Program-made: the position numbers and the translations under genes
Shown: piece by piece, positions 39,737 through 51,207 of the stretch
Layout: the number at the start of each line of letters is the position of its first letter
Numbering within the stretch: the first letter of the stretch is position 1
Origin: Girardia tigrina
Lineage: Eukaryota
Length of the DNA: 64,000 bases
Assembly: GCA_001938485.1 (NCBI GenBank)
Contig: MQRK01234409.1
Coordinates: 7,992 to 71,991 of the forward strand
Reading direction: 5' to 3'
The notes under the pieces: model-generated
What the model saw: only the letters and a program-made list of their open reading frames with translations
The model's database searches: none
What the model was told of the DNA's origin: nothing

Positions 39737-41327
39737 CAGTGGAACCTCGCATAGCGAGCATAATTCGTTTTCGGAGTGTTACTCGTAATGCGAAATACTT
39801 GTTAAGCGAAATAATATTAACAATATAAATTAGTAAAAAATAAGATAATGCGTTCCTTACAGAAAAATAATCCAAGGAATTTTTATTTAATGAAAAATAC
39901 GTTTGAATTATTAAGGATCGTTATTCAACTTCATCTTTCTTCTATTATTATTATTAACATACCTAATTCTTTTTTACTAGAAAATTATCTAGAGACATTT
40001 GCTTTTACCGACGCTTTAAAATTTGGTAAAAATTCGACACTGCATTATCATTGAATAGATTTGTAGCTCTCATAGCCACTTCCATATTAGGGTGATACTT
40101 CTCAATGTACGATGACGCAGTTTCCCATGTCTTTAGCATTTCTCTTATTTCGTTTGAAGATTTTTGCTTCGCTGCATCCTCCTCATCCACTGACAAATGC
40201 TCATCAACATCTTCTTGGTGTGAAATGGATTGCAACTCCATTAGTTCTTCTGTGGTCAACTCTTGACTGTGTTCTTCCAGAAGCTCATTGATATCGTTTT
40301 TATTCACATCCAGCCCCAAGATTTTCGAAACGGACACAATGTCATTGATTACAGCGTCCTCAGATACTTCCTTAAACCCCGCAACCGCACATTTGGCTAC
40401 GCTCTCTGGCCAAAGATTCTTCTAAGCAGAAATAAGATTTCTCTTAGTAGCTTCTTCCCACGTCTTTTCGATCATCTTGAGGAAAGCAACAATGTGAAAG
40501 TAATGTTTCCAAAATTCTGTGAGAGTGAGATTGGTCCCTCACTGTTCGCTATGTATCATAATGCTGCGGATGACTTTTCGTCTCTTAAACTTCTCAAACC
40601 AACCATGACTAGCCTTAAAAACTTCGTTTCCGAATGTTGATCCTGGTATCATCTTAATAAGGTCGGCGAAAATTACTTTCGCCTTCTCACAAATGATACT
40701 TTCGTTTATGGTGTTCGCCTGTAATTGCTTTTCGTTTATCCATATGAGAAGCAACCTTTCAACATCGTCAAGAATACGTATCCGTTGTCTAGATATTCTG
40801 GTGACTCCCTTTGAAGCATCCACTTCTTTAATCTGGTCCCTCTTCTTCAGAATAATACAAATGGTTGATGTAGGTCGATTTTATATGCTTGCTAAATCAG
40901 TCACACTCACGCCTCGTTCTCGCTTATCAATGATTTCACCTTTTATTTCTAGTGATATTTATCGCCTCGTACAACTGTTCTCTTGCGGTCTTTTCTTCTG
41001 AGACATTTCTATAAGGGAAATAAAGTTAAAATATAAAAAACTATAATTAATTGTTATGAATATTATTAAGACATTTATTTTAAGTTACCTTTATTATAAA
41101 TGCAAATTCAAATTTTAATTTATGAAATGTTTAAAGCATATTTAAACAAACGAGCCATATTAAAATAAATTAATTTAATAAAATAGGATTTTATTTATGA
41201 TTTTCAGTATTCATGGATTTCCTTATTCACATAACTCGTTATGCGAAATGTTGCGCGTTCAGCGACCTATTATTTTACAACTAATTTTGTTCGTAATGTG
41301 TATTCCTCATTATGCGAGGTTCCACTG
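39737..41327 (-). mobile_element. Tigger (TIGD1-like) transposon, internally deleted
   Basis: TA|CAGTGGAACCTCGCAT ... ATGCGAGGTTCCACTG|TA. ORF 40539-40823 is a CENP-B HTH (LLLIWINEKQL..FKASHGWFEKFKRR) and 40005-40337 is the C-terminus (INELLEEHSQELTTEEL). The DDE core is absent. Confidence 0.93.
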
Positions 41328-42032
41328 TATTATTGTTGTTGTTTTGATTGTTATTATTATTATTATTATTATTTAGTGCTTATTAAATATGTTTTTTGAT
41401 AATCGGAAGTTAATTATTCCCTTAAAGAAAGATAAGGCGGCAAATTCATTACTATTAAAACAATAAATTCAATCGATTAAAACAAAATTTTCATAAACAA
41501 TTCTCAAGCATTTAAACAGTCGGACGATTGATAAATCTCGAACATGCTTTTTAACTAACGGAAATAAAATGAGAGAATAACATAAATGATTTTTGATGTA
41601 AATTTGTGATAACAAAACACAAAATTAAATATAAAAAATATTATTTATTAAAAATAATTAAACTAGTCGAAGAGACAAAATAAATTATGTTATAATTATT
41701 GTTTGACAATTTATCGTTTGAATTGTGAATGTTTTAAATTTGCTCTTTGAAGAATGTCAATATTCATTTAAATTTATTTACTAAATTTATTAATTAATTA
41801 AACGAAACAAATCGTACATTTTTAATTTGATCTCAAAGTTTTATTTATATTTTGAAGAGCAAAACAAATAAACTGAAATTCTCAACAAGTTTAATAAAGA
41901 AGAGTTTCTTTTGTGTTTGGAGAATTTTTGTTTAAATGACGAGTTTTAAATTACTTAATTAAAATTTATCTTTTTTAATTTTTAATAATTATTTCATAAT
42001 ACGTTATGAATCAAGAAGATTCGCTAAGATCT

Positions 42033-42070
<38 letters not shown>

Positions 42071-42139
42071 TTATCTACAATTAATAATAGCATTTTCAAC
42101 AATAATGTAAAGGAAGGTCATTTTTATTAGTAAATTTAT

Positions 42140-42905
42140 TAACAAAACAGACGCGTGTCACCATTTCGGCATCTTCAGTGCAATGAAATAAATTGAATTA
42201 TTATTCTTTATATAATTGAAAAACTATTGCATCATACGTCTCAAAAACCTGCTTTTTTATAAAAAAATAGTTTATTGATATTTAAAATATTTTGAAAAAA
42301 ATATCAAAAAAGCTTTACTATTATTAGGTGAATCACCTTACGTGTTTAAGCATGGTTCATGATGTCGTATAAACAATGCTTCGGTAATAATTCTTTCATA
42401 ATTTGTGCTAAAATTATTTAAAATAACTTTAAAATATTTATAAGACTACCTTTAATTTACTTTTTTAATATGGCTCAATATCGAACTATTTCTACTCGAT
42501 TGAGTATGTTCAGCAATTCTAGTACGGAGATTACGACTTGTCTCTCCTATGTACAAGGCTCCCACTTGCCTAAATACACAAAGGAGTTTTTGATTTATTG
42601 GAAAAATAGTTCCAGTATTTATTAGTTACAAAAATTACTCTCAATTTTAAGCTAACAAGTGTTCAATGCTCTAAAAATCGTTTGAACTCTTTTACTCTCT
42701 GTGAGTACGGTAATTTTAGATTGATAGTGATTTGATTATCAATGTCATTTTCCGAAGTAATTTTTGATGTATTATTTGATTTTAAATAAATGGATTCAAC
42801 AGTATCTTTTATGATTTTATTTAAATACTTTTTATTACATCCATTTTTAGAAAGCTTATTATGAAGTTCATCAACTTCATTCACTAAACTTAATTCAAAC
42901 TTCAT
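42140..42905 (-). mobile_element. Penelope-like element remnant (second family)
   Basis: LSKNGC..INLKLPYS (ORF 42663-42905), then ALYIGETSRNLRTRIAEH and ITEALFIRHHEPCLNT in other frames; hammerhead downstream. Confidence 0.85.
42147..42181 (-). ncRNA. Minimal hammerhead motif (GAAA to GACA change)
   Basis: Minus strand GCA-CTGAAGA-T-GCC-GAAAT-GGT-GACA-CGCG-TC-TGT; palindromic ACGCGT stem III and GUC cleavage triplet. Confidence 0.6.
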
Positions 42906-43222
42906 TAACTTAATTTAAACGTCATTATTACTTCATTATTACAACACTAGTTTGATTTTTAATACATTTATTTGTATCACAACTTGAATCGCCATTAGGA
43001 CAATTCTTCCTAAAAACTTTCGTAGCTAGTCACAGTTCTAAATTGATAAATTTAATTCTATTTTTAAACGTCTTATTATTTTAAACAAATTTAAATTACA
43101 ATTTATTTATAATTTGATTTCAAAATAATTTATAGTTTAAATTACAAAAATAATTTAAATTATTTTAATAATATTTTAGATATATTATCTATGATATATT
43201 AATTTAATTTTAAATACAATTC

Positions 43223-43405
43223 GTGGATGAACTTTTCCAAAAACTATACATGGACTTCTGCGGACCATTTAAAAGAAATGTTAATGTATATCAATACATA
43301 CTCGCGATAATCGATCAATTTAGCAGATATATATGTTTAAATACAGTGGCCCATCAAGACGAGAAAATCGTAAGAAAGGTATTACTAGAAAAATGGATAG
43401 GATGA
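43223..43405 (+). mobile_element. Gypsy integrase fragment
   Basis: LYMDFCGPFKRNVNVYQYILAIIDQFSRY; very similar to the integrase of the adjacent element but on the opposite strand. Confidence 0.85.
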
Positions 43406-43535
43406 TGGAAAAACATGATCCGTATTGATATTGTTATAAATGCAGAAATAAAGGTGTGAGTTTTATTAATAAATATATCATTTATAGTATTATTTTGCTA
43501 TGAAAATACTCATACAAAATAAGTCTTGAGAAAAT

Positions 43536-43983
43536 TATTAACAACATCATATTTTGAATGTAAACAACAAAATTAACAACACAAACAGATTTTTCACAAC
43601 AATTCTCAGTAAGCATCTTTCTTTGATTGATATAGTTTTTGCATCTGTATTCAAATCTAAAAAAAACAATCAATGGGGATTTTTTTTAATATTAACTTTA
43701 ATTTCTCATTATTAGATAAAAAGGCATTACGTAATTTTTTTAAATAAACATTAATTTTTAAAATATATTGAATTTAAAAAGTTAAAATCGTTTACTAAAA
43801 ATATTATTAAAATTCATATTAGAAAAATTTAATTAATTAGTACTTAAAATTAATATCATTAAATTAATTTAATTAGACTCAAATAATCAATCAATAACAT
43901 ATCAACCCCATCTGAGTAGGAGAGTCACAAATTTAAACAGCATACAAACAACAAACTTAAAACATTCCAAATTTTCCCTCGCA
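43536..43983 (-). repeat. 3' LTR
   Basis: Minus strand TGCGAGGGAAAA...GTTAATA, preceded by the purine tract GAGGGGTA (43984-43991). Confidence 0.92.
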
Positions 43984-44693
43984 TACCCCTCGATTTAAAT
44001 GGCTTTAGCCATTCTACATTTCTTATTAGTATTTTACCATTGTCGAGTTGTAATTCGTAACTTTTTTCATGTCTCCGTCTTATTATCATTGCAGGATCAA
44101 TATATGGGTCGTCTTCTTTTGATGCATTTTCTCTCTTTATCAATAGCTGGTCTCCAATTTTGAAAATTCTTCTCGTTTCTGGAGCTTTCTCTTCTTTTCC
44201 CATTTGGTTTCCTTTATCTTCTTTATTTTTCCACCAATGTCTTAATTTCCTTCCATATGTTATTTCTGCTGGTGAGATACATGTCGTGGCTTGAATGGTA
44301 CTATTCATCATAAATTCTATTTCTGACAATACTTCCGTCCAATCCCATGCGTTTATCCTTTATTCTGATATTAAGAGCATCTCTAATTGTTCAAAATTGT
44401 CGTTCTATAATTCCCTTGGTATTGAGATGATACGTACTTAAAAATAAAATAATTCTATCTTAAACTTCTTCAGTGTTTTTTACATAGTTCTAATTCGAAT
44501 GTTTTGCCTCTATCCACATGGATTTCTTTAGGTGGTCAATATTTATATATCTATCTATCCAACAATATTTTTCCTAGCGTTTTCACGTCTTGGTTCGAAA
44601 CTGCATTCAGGCTAATATATCGGCTAAATTGATCAATTATCACCAAAATATACTGGTATCCATTTACATTTCTCTTAAATGGACCACGAAAGT

Positions 44694-44735
<42 letters not shown>

Positions 44736-46970
44736 AAAAGGTTCATCTGTAGATTGCTTAATATGTCTTTCTTTTGATTTCGCAGTTAGTGTTTTTCGAT
44801 TTTGATAATTTATGCAACTTCTTTTATCTTTTCTCCCATATTTTCCATATCAAAATCATCTCTGAGGTAGTAAAAAACCTTTTTACTCCCGGCATAACAT
44901 AACATCTTATGTATATCTTCAATAAAATTGGTTCTATTTGTTTTCGGGATCAACTACTTAATATTTTCTGTTGATACAATGTCATCTTTCAGTTTCCATT
45001 TGTTTGTTCTTCCTTGTTTTAAATCTTAAATTTTTCGATTTCTTCATTGTCATTCTGCCATTTAAAACTATTCGGTTCTTCATGTAATGCTAAAATACGA
45101 GTTTTAATATTTCCTTTCTTTGTTTCTTCATGTGCTGTTTGCCATTGACTACATAATTTGCAAGAATTTCTCGACATAGTATCGGTACTTGAATGTCTTT
45201 CGCCTTTCCTGTATTCCATTCTCATACCAAGACAGCTGAGAAAATTTATCCATTTTTGAAATTGCGGTGTTATTGGGTTCTTTGTGGTCATCATAAACGT
45301 AAATGTTTGTGGTCTGTTCACAACCAGAATCTTTTTCCATAAAAGAAATGCTTAAAATGCAGAGTGAAATAATATATTGCAAGTCATTCTTTTATAGTAA
45401 TGCAATAACTAATTTCATGTATGAGAATTCTCATGTTATTAATAGTTCTCATTCATCTTATGAGAACCATATGCAATAACTCTTTCTCTACCACTCGAGT
45501 CTTTTTGTGACAGTACTGCTCCAATCGTATTGAAACTTGCATCTGTGTCCAATATAAATTCTTTATCGAAGTCTGGATACACCAAGATAGGATTTTGAAC
45601 CATTCTTTCTTTTAATCTCTGAAAAGCTTCGTCACATTCTTTTGTCCATATTATTTTTTATCCTTGTTTTTGCCACACATACCTTTAAACTTTCGAATAT
45701 CTTGCATAATCTTTTATGAATTTCCTGTAATAATTTGTCAAACCCAAGAAAATCTTTAGATGTTTAATACATGACGGGTTTTGGAAATTGTTAATCGCAT
45801 CAATTTTAGTGTTATCTGTTCCTATACCCTCTTTACTTATTACGTAGCCAAAAAACTTACTCTTTTATACTAGAAATTGATATTTCTCTGGATTTATCCT
45901 CAAACCTGATTCTTTTATTTTTAGAAACACATTCTTTATTCTTTGTAGATGATCTTTCTTGTCTTTAGAAAATATCAAGATATCGTTTAGATACAAGACT
46001 GCTTCCTTCCAGTTCAATTCCCAAGAAACTTTACCATTAGTTCTTGAAAGGTGGCCGGAGTGGCTGCTATTCCGAAAGGCATTCTTTTAAAACAATATTT
46101 ACCATTCTTTGTCGAGAATGCCATTTTAATCTTTGATTTTTCATCAACTTCAACTTGATAGTATGCGTTTCCAAAGTCAATTGTGGTGAAATACTTTTCT
46201 TCGTTTAATGTATTCAACATATCATCCACATTTGGCATATGGAATGCTGGTCTAAGAGTAACTTTATTTAATTGTCGAAAATCCATGCACACTCGTATTT
46301 CTCGTTTCTCTTTCTTCCAGACGCATACCAATGGAAAGTTCCATAGTGAACTACATTTTTCAATTATATCATTTTCTTCAAAATTTTTAATAACTTCGTC
46401 TAATTTTTCATCAAAATGCCTTGGTTGTCTGTGCGGCTTTACTAATACCGGTTCACCATTAGTTTCTATTTTGTGTTTCGTCAATCATATTTTTCCAATA
46501 TCTCATTTATTTGTCATGAATATCGACTTAAACTCTTATCACGTTTATCAACTGATCATCGACCTTACCTCCGTATTGGTCCGCTATCCTTTTCAATCTG
46601 TCTTCATCGGATGGGCTATCCATTATCATAAATACATCACTATTTTGTATTGATTTATTAATCAGCTTTCTCCCGAAATTATGTAAACAGTCCACTCCTG
46701 CTATCATTTCTGGGTTCATTCCTTTGACAACATAGAATGTTATATTCTTTTGGTTCTTTTCAATTTTAATCTTCAAGAGTACTGTTCCATAATTTATTAA
46801 TTCCGAAGCATTTGCGCATGCTAAACTTCTTCGCGATTCTCTAATCCTAATATTTGGTATGTTTTTAATTAAACTTAATTCAATCACATTTACTCTAGCA
46901 CCGGTGTCTAAAAGACAGTGTACTTCTCTATCTTTAATGTAAAAATCTATACTTGGTCTACCATTCAGTT
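43925..46970 (-). pseudogene. pol: pol (protease, RT, RNase H, integrase), disrupted
   Basis: CLLDTGARVN (about 46900); RVCMDFRQLN..MPFG (46014-46484); YLND in place of YLDD (about 45985); FILDTDAS (about 45550); IDF.GPF..IIDQFSRY and HVDRG (44500-44700); C-terminal ORF 43925-44329. Confidence 0.93.
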
Positions 46971-47429
46971 TGTCATATTTAATGTTAAGCTTTGTTATTT
47001 TTAAAATTTATTCTATCTTCGACTTGTTTCTTTTTTTCTTCCATTTTACTACTAAAACAGTTTCTTTCACATTCTTCTTTCCAACAATCTAATTTACCAA
47101 CTTCGAAGAGGTTATTTCGAGTCATACAATTACATATACAATCACACACACATTCACATACACAATCACACACATCATCATACCTAATGTCATCACTTAA
47201 TAGAGCACATTGATCACCTCTCCTTGCGATCGTGTCTGCTAGTTTCCTTGATCCTTTTCTTACCGTTGTCTCTTATCTGGTAAGACCCTTTTTGTTACCT
47301 TTTTTAGATGTGATCTAGTCACTTCGTATTTTTAGTCGTCATTTTATTCATCAATTTCCGAAACTCGGTATTGACGATTTTTAGGTCTATTACGGTATCC
47401 CTCTTTGCTTAAATCAATTCTTATTGAGA

Positions 47430-48197
47430 TAACATTGAGTTCTATAATGGCCATTTCTATCGCAACGAGTATACTTCACATTTTGGCATTCTCTTCTTAT
47501 GTGGCCTTCTTCTTGACATGCATAACATTTAACAGTTCTGTAATTTTTTTTCGGTTTTAATCCATTATTTCCTTGGATCTTATTGTTGTATTTGTAATAT
47601 ATGCGGGGTTCTTTCGTTGTGTACAGCTTTGCGTCTAGTTACGGTGTTCCAATTATCTTGTTTATTTACCGTCGTATATGCTGCCACTGTTTTCCTCACT
47701 TAACATTTTACGTAGTTCCTACATATTGGTACGTTTTTTATATCTTTGGTTTCAGTTGTTCCTCTCAGTTTTAATTCTTTTTTGATTTCATAACTGTCAA
47801 CCACATTTAAACATGCAAGGTTAAGTAGTTCTTTTTTAGACAATTTTTCTTTGGTTAGTATATTCACAAGTTCTTCTGCCTTTTTGTATGTTTTTTCTGG
47901 GTTGGAGGATCTCCACCATAAGTTTACCAACTCCTTCATTGTATCCAGAATGGATTTTTCTTTAGTAAATGCAGCCTTTAATTTTTCTTTGTAATTTTTA
48001 CCTTCCATCTCTGAATATTTTTTTATTGTCGACGGTGTCATAAACACAGTCACCATCACTATTTTCCTCTCTTCTGCTATACCCATAATGTCGGAATAGC
48101 ATTCGAAATTACCAATGAAATCTTCCAAATCCGATTCTGATCCACTGAATTTTTCATATCTCATAATGTTTGCTGTCACATGAGCCGTGGTCGCCAT
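47430..48197 (-). pseudogene. gag: gag with two zinc knuckles, disrupted
   Basis: MATTAHV..EKFSGSESDLEDFI.. from the ATG at 48197; CYACQEEGHIRREC and YTRCDRNGHYRTQC at 47430-47535. Confidence 0.9.
48185..48196 (-). promoter_or_regulatory. Primer binding site (tRNA-Arg-like)
   Basis: TGGCGACCACGG immediately follows the 5' LTR and is complementary to a tRNA ending ..GTGGTCGCCA; the isoacceptor assignment is from memory. Confidence 0.75.
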
Positions 48198-48630
48198 ATT
48201 AACAGCATCACAATTTGAATGCAAACATTTATTGACAACACAAACAGATTTTTCACAACAATTCTCAGTAAGCAACCTTTTTTGATTGATATAGTTTTTG
48301 TTTCTGTATTCAAATCTAAAAAACAATCAATGGAGAATTTTTTAATATTAAATTTAATTTCTCATAATTTTATTGGATAAAAAGGCATTGCGTAATTTTT
48401 AAATAAACATTAATTTATAAAATATATTAAATTTAATAAGTTAAAATTGTTTACTAAAAATATTATTAAAATTCATAATTATAAAACTTTAATTAATTAG
48501 TACTTAAAATTAATATCATTAGATTCAAATAATCAATCAATAAACATATCAATCCCATCTGAGTAGGAGAGTCACAAATCTAAACAGCATAGAAACAACC
48601 AACTTAAAACATTCCAAATTTTCCCTCACA
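48197..48630 (-). repeat. 5' LTR
   Basis: Minus strand TGTGAGGGAAAA...AATAAA...GTTAATA; homologous to 43536-43983 and 50684-51116. Confidence 0.93.
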
Positions 48631-49253
48631 AAGATAAAACAGCAGAAAATAATTTTAATATCCCTAAAAATAATAGAGAAAGAGAATATAATTTCCTAAA
48701 AAAGCGATATCCGCAATCGTTAATCAAAGAATTATTAAAAATAAAAATAAAGGAAAAGCTTTAAAAAAATTTTTTTGAATTTTTTTTCGACATATATTTA
48801 TTTATTATTTAATTTATGTTTAAATTTTTATTTTATCCTAAAATCCACAGAATATAATACAAACGAAAATAGAAAAATAATCTCAATATTTTATTATTAC
48901 AAAAAATACTATTTTATTTTTAGAAATAAAACTGTTGCAAAATTTTCTGCAAAAACTTAAGAAAAAAAACTATTTAAAAAAGATTTAATTCGGAGAAAAA
49001 ACGAAATTTTAAATGTAGATTTATGTTTAAATATAATAAAATTTGGTGTGAAAAAATTTGTCATTATTTTTAATAAATCATAAATTATTATAATTCTCTA
49101 AATATTATAATAACAAACTTTTCATTTACTAAATTATTTTATTTATATAGTTGAAAATGTATTACATCATTCATCGCAAAAACATGCATTTCTTTATTAA
49201 AAAATATTATAAAATCTTTAAAATGATTAGATGTACGTTTAAGTATGTTTTAT

Positions 49254-49284
<31 letters not shown>

Positions 49285-49354
49285 NNNNNNNNNNNNNNNN
49301 NNNNNNNNNNNNNNNNNNNNNNNNNNNNNNNNNNNNNNTATATATATATATATT

Positions 49355-49469
49355 ATCATTATTGCCGTTCAGCAGAGGTGCAGACGGTTGCTCCATGGAG
49401 GAAACCACAATGTTCATTATCTCCACGATAATGCTCGTCTGCATACGGCTGCTAAAACCAAGGACAAGC

Positions 49470-49472
<3 letters not shown>
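49355..49472 (+). mobile_element. Internal mariner transposase fragment
   Basis: AVQQRCRRL..VHYLHDNARLHTAAKTKDKL, flanked by (TA)n on both sides. Confidence 0.75.
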
Positions 49473-49504
<32 letters not shown>

Positions 49505-49954
49505 TTGATGATATAATAAATAATAATATTTTTAATAGAAAAATTGTCAGGTACGAGTAAAAGAAATTTTTTTAAAAAGTTTAAACATGTTTTCTTTTAA
49601 TTAGTGATTTTTTATGTTCCAAAAAAGGAAAAATCTGAATGCCAAAAGAATTGATCTCTCGTTATTTATTATAAATATCTTAAATATTAAATTACTAATT
49701 CTGCAATATATGATTTTAAAATTTATTTAAATATTAATCTTATTATTATTATTTTTATTATTATTATTAGGAAATTAAAAAAAACAATATCAATTTAAAA
49801 TCATAAAAAATATAAGCCTTTTACAACATTTATTTTAGTCATTTTTGTTGGAGGATAGGCCGCCGTCTTCAGAGTAAATTAACATTCAAAAACAGTTCAA
49901 AATCTAGCGCGCAGATAAAAGTGTCATAAATATAAAAAAGAAATTTTATGCTAT

Positions 49955-50495
49955 GTTGATGTGAGAGCGTGCGCAGCGCGGTTGCAGGGTTGAGTAGTCG
50001 GTGTTTCCGGGACTAAGGGGACGGAAAAAACAATCTTACGGGCATTCGCTGCCCGCTCATCATCCTCATCTCCATGGATGAGGGGTTTGCGGATGATCAT
50101 CACAGTAAACATACACGCCATATTTGACACATTGACCGCACAAAAGTATCGCTTGGACCTCATCAAAATCTCAGGTGTCTGATTTCACAATGTAACGACG
50201 TCGTGAATAAGAGCTTTCACCGATACATCAAAGGTCTCAGCGAGTCCAAAGTCTGCCAATTTTACCAATCGTGCCAATTGAATCAACCATCAGATTTTGT
50301 AGTTAAGGATCTTTGTGAATGACCCAGGGTAAGTGACAAAACAATATTCCCTGAGGAATTTAATAAACAAAATATTTCCAAACCATAGCGTGCATCTTGG
50401 ACTCCAGATTGTCGAGATACCACCGCAGATCCATATTTAGATATTCAAATACGAAAATTTTTCGTCTTGCACCATTCTTTTCAACCAGTTATTAA
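49955..50495 (-). pseudogene. CDK1/CDK2-like kinase pseudogene, intronless over subdomains IV-X
   Basis: KIFVFEYLNMDLRWYLD, IHKDP*LQNLMVD, VKLADFGLAETF..IHDVVTL*NQTPEILMRSKRYFCAVNV..MACMF..KPLIHGD; stops and frameshifts. Confidence 0.85.
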
Positions 50496-50683
50496 AACCA
50501 GAAATTCCACAATGTTTATTCATCACGTACAATTGTTTCTCGATACAAAAAATTCGGATTTTGCCAACATTACATAACTAAACTTAAACAATTTAAACAA
50601 TCACTGATCTTTTTTTAATCGATCAATTTTCAATAATCAATTACATTTTACAACCATTTTATTCGATAAAATGAAATCGAATC

Positions 50684-51116
50684 TGTGAGGGATAATTGTG
50701 AATGTTGTAAGTTTGTTGTTTGTATGCTGTTTAGATTTGTGACTCTCCTACTCAGATGGGATCGATATGTTTATTGATTGATTATTTGAATCTAATGAAA
50801 TTAATTTAATGATTTTAATTTTAAGTACTAATTAATTAAAGTTTGATAATTATGAATTTTAATAATATTTTCAGTAAATGATTTTAACTTATTAAATGTA
50901 ACATATTTAAAAAATTATGTAATAACTTTTATCCAATAAAAATTATGAGAAATTAAAATTTATTATTAATCTGTCCCATTCATTGTTTTTTAGATTTGAA
51001 TATATTAATCAAAAAAAACTATATCAATCAAAGAAAGATGACCACTGAAAATTGTTGTGAAGAATCTGTTTGTGTTGTAAATAAATGTTTACATTCAAAT
51101 TGTGATGTTGTTAATA
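50684..51116 (+). mobile_element. Solo LTR
   Basis: TGTGAGGG...GTTAATA flanked by a perfect 5-bp TSD GAATC (50679-50683 and 51117-51121); homologous to the LTRs of 43536-48630. Confidence 0.95.
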
Positions 51117-51207
51117 GAATCGTTTTTAATTATTTTTTACAATTTTTTTAAAAAACCTTTTTCTTTTTGCTTTTTAGCATTTTTTTTCATTTACATATCT
51201 TTTTTAT

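Larger units (their letters stand above)
43536..48630 (-). mobile_element. Full-length decayed Ty3/Gypsy LTR retrotransposon (about 5.1 kb)
   Basis: Two homologous LTRs of about 440 bp, PBS, PPT and domain order gag-PR-RT-RH-INT. Flanks AAAAT and AAGAT fit a 5-bp TSD with one mismatch. Confidence 0.96.

Noticed and set aside
47120-47180. Cys-rich CDCVCECVCDCICNC peptide (metallothionein-like)
   Set aside because: Arises from a TG-rich low-complexity tract between gag and protease.
49837-49875. CTGAAGACGGCGG hammerhead-like motif on the minus strand
   Set aside because: Stem II and GAAA are broken; possibly an old PLE end but unsupported.
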